IMG/VR virus record: IMGVR_UViG_3300025121_000014
Coordinates: 64,001-128,000 of that record
Length of the DNA stretch: 64,000 nt
Source of the DNA: a virus
Lineage: Duplodnaviria; Caudoviricetes
Strand: one strand, 5' to 3'
Both the position numbers and the translations under genes were made by a program. Below, piece by piece: positions 58,732 to 64,000 of this stretch. Positions within the stretch are counted from its first letter, which is position 1. Each line of letters starts with the position of its first letter. Under the pieces are notes generated by a model that ran no database searches, had not been told where the DNA came from, and worked only from the letters and a program-made list of their open reading frames with translations.

Positions 58732-58760
58732 GTTTTTATAAAATATTATTCGTATCTTTG
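58729..58760 (+). promoter_or_regulatory. Bacteroidota housekeeping-sigma promoter (-33/-7)
   Basis: TTTG (58729-32)-N20-TATCTTTG (58753-60), exact consensus, upstream of rtcB. Confidence 0.8.
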
Positions 58761-58788
58761 TATCCAATTTAAAAAAGAAATAGAAATA

Positions 58789-60171
58789 ATGTTAGAATTA
58801 GTAGGAAAATATACAACAGCAAAAATAATGATTGATGAAGTGGAACCAGAAGCTTTATCAATGATACAATCAGTTATAGATAGTCCAGCAAGTGAAGGAT
58901 TACCAGTTGCTATAATGGTCGATTGCCATGTTGGAAAAGGTTCTACAGTTGGTTTCACAATGCCATTAGGTAATATGATTAATCCAAATTGGGTAGGTGT
59001 TGATTTATCATGTGGTATCATAGGTGGGTTTTTTAAATCCATTAAATCGTTTGATTTAGATAAAATAAATAAGAAAATAAGAGAAGAAATCCCATTAGGG
59101 TTTAATATTAATGAAAATTGTATAATAAAAAATTATCCATTAGACGAAGTTCAAATAATGGTAAATAATTTTACAAAATCTTATAATAATAAATTTGATA
59201 CAAATTTTAAAACACCGATAATTAATGATAAATGGTTATTAAATTTAATAAATAAAATTGGGATTGATAATAATAGATTTTATAATAGTTTATCGAGTCT
59301 CGGCGGAGGAAATCATTATATAGAATTGGGAATCAATGAATTAGGTGATTATTTATTAACTGTTCATACAGGTAGTAGAAATTTAGGACAAAAAGTTTGT
59401 ATGTATCATGTTAATCAAGCAAAAACACAAGTAAATATTTCACAAGACGAATATGCTAAAAAATTAGATAATATAATTTTAAATACGTTTGATAAAAAAC
59501 AAATACCTGTTAAAATTCAAGAATTAAAAAAAGAAATGAAAATAGGTATAAATACAGAATACTTACAAGGTGAATATATGTTTAATTATTTAATTGATGC
59601 TTTATTTTGTAATCATTATGCTACATTAAATAGAACTTTAATTCTTAATAAAATTAAAGTTATTTTAGGTGTTAAAAAATTTGATAATGTTGTTAATACA
59701 ATTCATAATTATTTAGATTTTAGCACTGATGATTTTATGATTAGAAAAGGTGCAGTTTCAGGTAAAAAAGATGAACTTGCTATTATTGGACTTTCGATGA
59801 AAGATGGGAATTTATTAGTAAAAGCAAAAGGGAATAAGGACTGGAATCAAAGTTTAAATCATGGTTGCGGGAGAACCATGAGTAGAAGTAAAGCTAAAAC
59901 TATGTTTTCATTAGAACAAATGCAAAAATCTATGAAAGGAATTGTTTGTGACTTGAATAACCATGTGGTTGATGAATCGGTTTTTTGTTATAAAAATGCA
60001 GATTTGATAAAAAGTTTAATGATTGAAAATGCAGATATTATTTATACATTTAAACCATTATTAAACGTAAAGGATATTGGAAAATCAATTTCTTGGAAGG
60101 AAAAGAAAAAAGAAAAAAAGAAAAGAGATTTGGAACGAAAGAACCAAAGAAAAATGAAAAGATGGCATTAG
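58789..60171 (+). CDS. rtcB: RNA 3'-phosphate/5'-OH ligase RtcB (460 aa)
   Basis: DCHVGKG, GVDLSCG, SLGGGNHYIE, VHTGSRNLG, IHNY, RKGA, NHGCGRTMSR, DES..CYK. Metal ligands and the guanylylated His motif are present. Confidence 0.92.
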   Translation: MLELVGKYTTAKIMIDEVEPEALSMIQSVIDSPASEGLPVAIMVDCHVGKGSTVGFTMPLGNMINPNWVGVDLSCGIIGGFFKSIKSFDLDKINKKIREEIPLGFNINENCIIKNYPLDEVQIMVNNFTKSYNNKFDTNFKTPIINDKWLLNLINKIGIDNNRFYNSLSSLGGGNHYIELGINELGDYLLTVHTGSRNLGQKVCMYHVNQAKTQVNISQDEYAKKLDNIILNTFDKKQIPVKIQELKKEMKIGINTEYLQGEYMFNYLIDALFCNHYATLNRTLILNKIKVILGVKKFDNVVNTIHNYLDFSTDDFMIRKGAVSGKKDELAIIGLSMKDGNLLVKAKGNKDWNQSLNHGCGRTMSRSKAKTMFSLEQMQKSMKGIVCDLNNHVVDESVFCYKNADLIKSLMIENADIIYTFKPLLNVKDIGKSISWKEKKKEKKKRDLERKNQRKMKRWH

Positions 60172-60207
60172 TCCTCTTTTTTCTTTACTTTTCTTTTACC
60201 TTTTTTA

Positions 60208-60348
60208 ATATTTCTAATTGTTACAGTAACTATAGATAAAAATATATCAGAGTTATTAGACGAATATATGAAACAAAATGGGTATGATTATGGTGAAAAA
60301 TCCAGATTAATAGAAAAGTTTATTAAAAATCAATTAGATAAAAAATAA
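60208..60348 (+). other. Unannotated ribbon-helix-helix-like reading frame lacking a canonical start
   Basis: IVTVTIDKNISELLDEYMKQNGYDYGEKSRLIEKFIKNQLDKK*; same frame as rtcB after its TAG; only ATA/ATT upstream. Confidence 0.4.
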
Positions 60349-60351
60349 ATA

Positions 60352-60383
60352 TTTGGTAGTTTAGGAAATTATTACTACCTTTG
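60352..60383 (+). promoter_or_regulatory. Bacteroidota housekeeping-sigma promoter (-33/-7)
   Basis: TTTG (60352-55)-N20-TACCTTTG (60376-83), upstream of ATG 60407. Confidence 0.8.
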
Positions 60384-60406
60384 TGCTAAATTAATAGTAT
60401 ATTAAT

Positions 60407-61264
60407 ATGGCAACATTAGAAACAATTAATTATCAAGAACAAGCAGAACAAATTTTAAAAGCTAATGTTGATCCAAATTGGAATCCAAATTTTGGTTGTA
60501 TGTTTATTGGTATTACAGGTAAACATCACGTTTATTACACCCTATGGAAATATTCTCCAAACAATCGTTTAAACCCATTATATTATTTAGGTAATCTATC
60601 TACAGATATCATAGAAGCAGCTAAAAAAGCTAAAAAAATTGCTGGAATTCAACCAATATCTTTTGAAAATACTGATAATCTTAAAGGTATGCAAGGTTCA
60701 GCCGAAGATGTAATCACATTTGGTAAATATAGAGGAAAAACTATTGGTGAAATATATATAGTTGATCCACAATATATTATATGGTTATCTACAAATATGA
60801 ATCCAAAAAATAAGAAGCAAGTTCAACAACAAGAAATGGCTAAAGAACTTACTACTGACTATTTTCGTTCAATGGCAGATACAAATCGTGAAACAGATAC
60901 TAAAAATTATGTTGGTCAAGTAAACGATAAAGTAGAAATAACACTTAAAATAACAAGTGCTAATACATGTACAGATTATTTTGGCGAAACTTCTTTTAAA
61001 ATTAGAGGAGAAAATGAAGAAGGTCGTTTTCAATTTTATCCTAGTGTTAAAGCACTTGCTAAATTATTGGGAATAGATGTCAAGTTTGATTATATTAAGA
61101 GTGAATATCGCACAATTAAAGTAGTTAGTGTTAAAACCATAACCGAATTAAATGTTGCCTTAGAAACACTTAAAGACACTACAATAACAATCACAGCTAA
61201 AATAAAAGAACATAAAGAAATAGTTGGAAAAAAATTTACAATATTAAATTATGTTAAATTTTAA
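60407..61264 (+). CDS. Protein with DUF3820/exonuclease-X C-terminal-like domain and possible OB-like C-terminus (285 aa)
   Basis: ITFGKYRGKTIGEIYIVDPQYIIWL; YVGQVNDKVEITLKI. Confidence 0.55.
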   Translation: MATLETINYQEQAEQILKANVDPNWNPNFGCMFIGITGKHHVYYTLWKYSPNNRLNPLYYLGNLSTDIIEAAKKAKKIAGIQPISFENTDNLKGMQGSAEDVITFGKYRGKTIGEIYIVDPQYIIWLSTNMNPKNKKQVQQQEMAKELTTDYFRSMADTNRETDTKNYVGQVNDKVEITLKITSANTCTDYFGETSFKIRGENEEGRFQFYPSVKALAKLLGIDVKFDYIKSEYRTIKVVSVKTITELNVALETLKDTTITITAKIKEHKEIVGKKFTILNYVKF

Positions 61265-61282
61265 TATATCAATTATATTTTT

Positions 61283-61290
61283 TATCTTTG
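61283..61290 (+). promoter_or_regulatory. Bacteroidota -7 box (no matching -33)
   Basis: TATCTTTG, 19 nt before ATG 61310. Confidence 0.55.
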
Positions 61291-61309
61291 TATTATAAAT
61301 TTAATTTTT

Positions 61310-61567
61310 ATGGAAAAAACTAACATAGAATTAGAAAATATTAATAAGATTTCAGAAGAATTTATTGATGGAATAGTTAACAAAAAACGTGGTATTATTA
61401 AAGTAACAACTGAATCTTATTATGAACTATACGAAACTGATGAAGAAGAATTAGAAGAATTAGCTGCTGAATGGTTTACTAAATATGGTTCATCATCTCA
61501 TGCTTACAGAGATGGTTCTAAAGTTCCATTCACTAATTTAGTAAAAGTCGAAATAATTAAAAGATAA
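61310..61567 (+). CDS. Hypothetical protein (85 aa)
   Basis: Track ORF downstream of a -7 box. Confidence 0.6.
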   Translation: MEKTNIELENINKISEEFIDGIVNKKRGIIKVTTESYYELYETDEEELEELAAEWFTKYGSSSHAYRDGSKVPFTNLVKVEIIKR

Positions 61568-61600
61568 AATAAAATTTAATATAAATTATTGATTTATAAA

Positions 61601-61972
61601 ATGACTAAAGAAAGATTTGCCGAAATATATTGTAAAAGATTTTGTATAGTAAGTGATTATGTATCATCTACTTATATAGTAGATAGTCTTAATCATATAA
61701 TTATTTTTAAGGGTGTTGATGAAAATGATGAAGTAATAATAGAAACTACTAATACTACGATTAATGATATTATTACAGAATTTTATAAAATACCAAGTGT
61801 TCGTATTTATGGTATTATATCAGCACGTATCTGGGATTGTGAGAAAAGAAAAGTAATTAAAAATATTACTGATTTACCAGATGCTGATATTAAATCACTT
61901 AAAAGAAATCAAAAAAAATTAGAATATAATAGTCAAATATCAGAATTATTACAAAAAGTTAGATATTTATAG
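61601..61972 (+). CDS. Hypothetical protein
   Basis: Track ORF 61589 (TTG); in-frame ATG 61601 with A-rich context preferred. Confidence 0.55.
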   Translation: MTKERFAEIYCKRFCIVSDYVSSTYIVDSLNHIIIFKGVDENDEVIIETTNTTINDIITEFYKIPSVRIYGIISARIWDCEKRKVIKNITDLPDADIKSLKRNQKKLEYNSQISELLQKVRYL

Positions 61973-62218
61973 ATGAAAGAATATATAATAAATTCTCAGG
62001 AAGATTTTAAGATATTTTTGGATGAAAACTTTCCTCCAAATTTTTTAAGAAATACTATTATAAATGATTATGGATTAACAATAAATTTAGATAAAGAAGA
62101 AACAGATAAAATAGAATTAAAATTAAGGGAACTCTTACATTTTTTTCTTACTAAATTTAATATTGATACAAAATTAACAACAATTAATTGTGTTTATTAT
62201 TTATATAACTTAATTTAA
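61973..62218 (+). CDS. Hypothetical protein (81 aa)
   Basis: ATG directly abuts the upstream TAG. Confidence 0.5.
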   Translation: MKEYIINSQEDFKIFLDENFPPNFLRNTIINDYGLTINLDKEETDKIELKLRELLHFFLTKFNIDTKLTTINCVYYLYNLI

Positions 62219-62223
62219 AAATT

Positions 62224-62880
62224 ATGAAAAATTTATTAACTATTTTATTAATATTGTTTGTTTTTTCAAGTTGTGAAAAATATGGTTATCTTGATAAACC
62301 AGAAAACGAAAATGCAAATAGTGATCAGCATATTGTAAAATTTGTATTTTATACTACACATTATCAGCGAGATAATTTAGATAGTACTAATAACGTTTAT
62401 TTAGATTCAGCAAATTGGGAAATTTTTATTTATAATGTTGAATTTGATCGTATTACAAAAACACATGAATATATTGTCAAAGATACTACATTATTACAAT
62501 TAAAAGATAGTGTTTGGAGACCTAATTATTATTCACCAACACCACATGCAGACAGTTTAAATTCTCTTATAGATTCAGTAAAAATGATAGATAATAAAAT
62601 AATTATAAATGATAGATTTCATATATTTGAACTGTCCGAAGGTAAATATAAAGTGTATATAGATAGAGGAAGAACATCAGATGATTATAAAGAATGTAAA
62701 ACTAATATAGAAATCATAAATAGTCCTAAAAACAAAAAACCAGAATATGTTCTTAGATATTTACCAGATTTATATTGTTGGTCGCAATTATCAAATGATC
62801 CTTCTCTTGAACCTATACTTATAGATACAGTAAAAATATATGATGTAGATCAAATTATACCAATCCTTGTAAATATTTAA
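62224..62880 (+). CDS. Lipoprotein (signal peptidase II type, 218 aa)
   Basis: MKNLLTILLILFVFSS-C: basic N-terminus, hydrophobic core, lipobox Cys17. Confidence 0.75.
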   Translation: MKNLLTILLILFVFSSCEKYGYLDKPENENANSDQHIVKFVFYTTHYQRDNLDSTNNVYLDSANWEIFIYNVEFDRITKTHEYIVKDTTLLQLKDSVWRPNYYSPTPHADSLNSLIDSVKMIDNKIIINDRFHIFELSEGKYKVYIDRGRTSDDYKECKTNIEIINSPKNKKPEYVLRYLPDLYCWSQLSNDPSLEPILIDTVKIYDVDQIIPILVNI

Positions 62881-62885
62881 AAAAT

Positions 62886-63098
62886 ATGATGATAAAATGT
62901 AAAGAAAATTGGAGAAATGGTTATATGATAACTGTTATAAATAGATATAATCTTTGTTATCAAAAGAAATTTTTACCTGAAAAAATGAAAGATATTTATA
63001 CTGAAAAATTCGGTGATATTATTATTTATAGTGATGAATATGATGATTGGTATTGTGACATTTTGAATCAAAAATATCATAATTATAAATTCAAATAA
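62886..63098 (+). CDS. Hypothetical protein (70 aa)
   Basis: Track ORF 5 nt after the lipoprotein stop. Confidence 0.45.
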   Translation: MMIKCKENWRNGYMITVINRYNLCYQKKFLPEKMKDIYTEKFGDIIIYSDEYDDWYCDILNQKYHNYKFK

Positions 63099-63172
63099 CA
63101 TAATTTTTAACAAATATTCCTAAACAAATCCATTCACGATATTATATTTTATTAAAAAAAATAAACATTTTT

Positions 63173-63182
63173 TAATATATAG
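63173..63182 (+). promoter_or_regulatory. Candidate late promoter motif
   Basis: TAATATATAG, 38 nt before ATG 63221. Confidence 0.35.
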
Positions 63183-63220
63183 GATATATAATATCATTAT
63201 AAAAACATTCCTAATATTTA

Positions 63221-63847
63221 ATGAAAATTATTTTAAAGCATTTAATGGATTTTCCTATATTACAAAACGCATTTGTTTATATTATTAATAATAACAAAGG
63301 TGATAATAATCCTTATCATAATAATGGTCATTTAATGACCGTTTTTTATTTTGCTATGGAAATGGCAGATTATTATAAATTAGATGATTATCATAAAATA
63401 CATTTAGGATTAGTTGCATTATTTCACGATTTTAATCATAATGGTAAAATTGGTAATGATGATGTAAATTTAAAAGAAGCATATATAGGTTTCTTAGATT
63501 TTTATTCTTATTGTAACGAAAAACTTAATTTGTATATTGATACTGATTTATTTAAAAATATATTAAATCATACAGAGTTCCCTTCTAGACCTAATCCTAC
63601 GACCATAGAAGATAAGATAATCATGGATAGTGATATGTTATCAAATTATACTTCAGGTTGGTTTAAAGACAACTTAGTAGGCATATCGAAGGAATTTGGA
63701 GTAAGTCTTAAGGATCATTTACCAAATCAAATTAAATTTATAGAAAACTTATCATTTTACACAGAATATGCACAACAATTACATTTAGAAAAAAAAGATA
63801 AAATATTAGATAAATTACGTCAATTAGAACGTATTTTTAAGAATTAA
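63221..63847 (+). CDS. HD-domain phosphohydrolase, class-I cNMP phosphodiesterase-like motifs (208 aa)
   Basis: NPYHNNGH...ALFHDFNH...IIMDSDM. Confidence 0.75.
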   Translation: MKIILKHLMDFPILQNAFVYIINNNKGDNNPYHNNGHLMTVFYFAMEMADYYKLDDYHKIHLGLVALFHDFNHNGKIGNDDVNLKEAYIGFLDFYSYCNEKLNLYIDTDLFKNILNHTEFPSRPNPTTIEDKIIMDSDMLSNYTSGWFKDNLVGISKEFGVSLKDHLPNQIKFIENLSFYTEYAQQLHLEKKDKILDKLRQLERIFKN

Positions 63848-63856
63848 AAAACATAC

Positions 63857-64000
63857 ATGGAGAGAAAATATAGGACACCTAGTCCTTCACCATCAATTGC
63901 TATAATTGGTGATAATTTTATAAGTGATTATATTTATACATCGTTTAAAAGATATTCAAAACTTAAACCTATACCTTATAATACCATCAATGATATAAAT
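63857..64000 (+). CDS. Hypothetical protein, 3'-truncated by window edge
   Basis: MERKYRTPSPSPSIAIIGDNFISDYIYTSF... open to base 64000; not in track. Confidence 0.45.
   Translation, partial: MERKYRTPSPSPSIAIIGDNFISDYIYTSFKRYSKLKPIPYNTINDIN

Noticed and set aside
47346-59042. Minus-strand ORFs 47346-47585, 56813-57103, 56979-57185, 57324-57743, 58150-58479, 58746-59042
   Set aside because: Overlap well-supported plus-strand genes on the opposite strand, without independent signals.
60168-60287. Minus-strand Lys-rich ORF converging on rtcB (...IRNIKKGKRKVKKKED*)
   Set aside because: No start codon before an upstream in-frame stop at 60288-60290; likely a by-product of the pyrimidine tract.
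61589-62218. Readthrough fusion at in-frame TAG-ATG (61970-61975)
   Set aside because: Abutting stop and start is ordinary translational coupling; no domain is seen spanning the junction.
1-64000. Genome-wide stop codon reassignment (TAG to Gln, TGA to Trp or Gly)
   Set aside because: Multi-kilobase genes contain no internal TAG or TGA. TAG and TGA end genes at natural C-termini (40050, 43857) and in start-stop overlaps (56718-56725). Only isolated internal stops exist.
1-64000. tRNA, rRNA or riboswitch genes
   Set aside because: Intergenic gaps are short and very AT-rich; no cloverleaf or T-loop GTTC(G/A)A context with pairing arms was recognised.

Overview
Very AT-rich, gene-dense DNA that reads as part of a jumbo (T4-superfamily-like) phage genome, most likely infecting Bacteroidota. 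This is an inference: no capsid, terminase or polymerase gene lies in the window. Support comes from two exact TTTG-N20-TAnnTTTG host promoters, A-rich starts without Shine-Dalgarno sites, a T4 gp30.3-like NADAR gene and T4-like capsid-targeting N-termini. Positions 1-55.3 kb are an almost unbroken array of about 25 fibre, adhesin and receptor-binding-like genes. They are assembled from a small reused parts kit: LamG/ConA domains, capped LRR modules, PKD plus BspA-like LRRs, Gly/Asn beta-roll repeats, an LVIVD-like propeller and three shared C-terminal modules. They fall into units that each start with a T(A/T)ATATATA(A/G/C) motif, a candidate late promoter. Two fibre or tip genes carry in-frame stops (TAG at 29095, TGA at 51086); the first gene is missing from the ORF track. 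The array also holds an intact IS200/IS605-family tnpB element, an internally deleted TnpB-like gene and a DUF2827-like putative glycosyltransferase. Positions 55.3-64 kb are small genes including NADAR, RtcB, an HD phosphodiesterase-like protein, a lipoprotein and two repeat-bounded cassettes that look like cargo fused to a capsid-targeting leader. No CRISPR array, tRNA, rRNA or reverse transcriptase was seen. All family assignments are from motif recognition by eye, not database searches.
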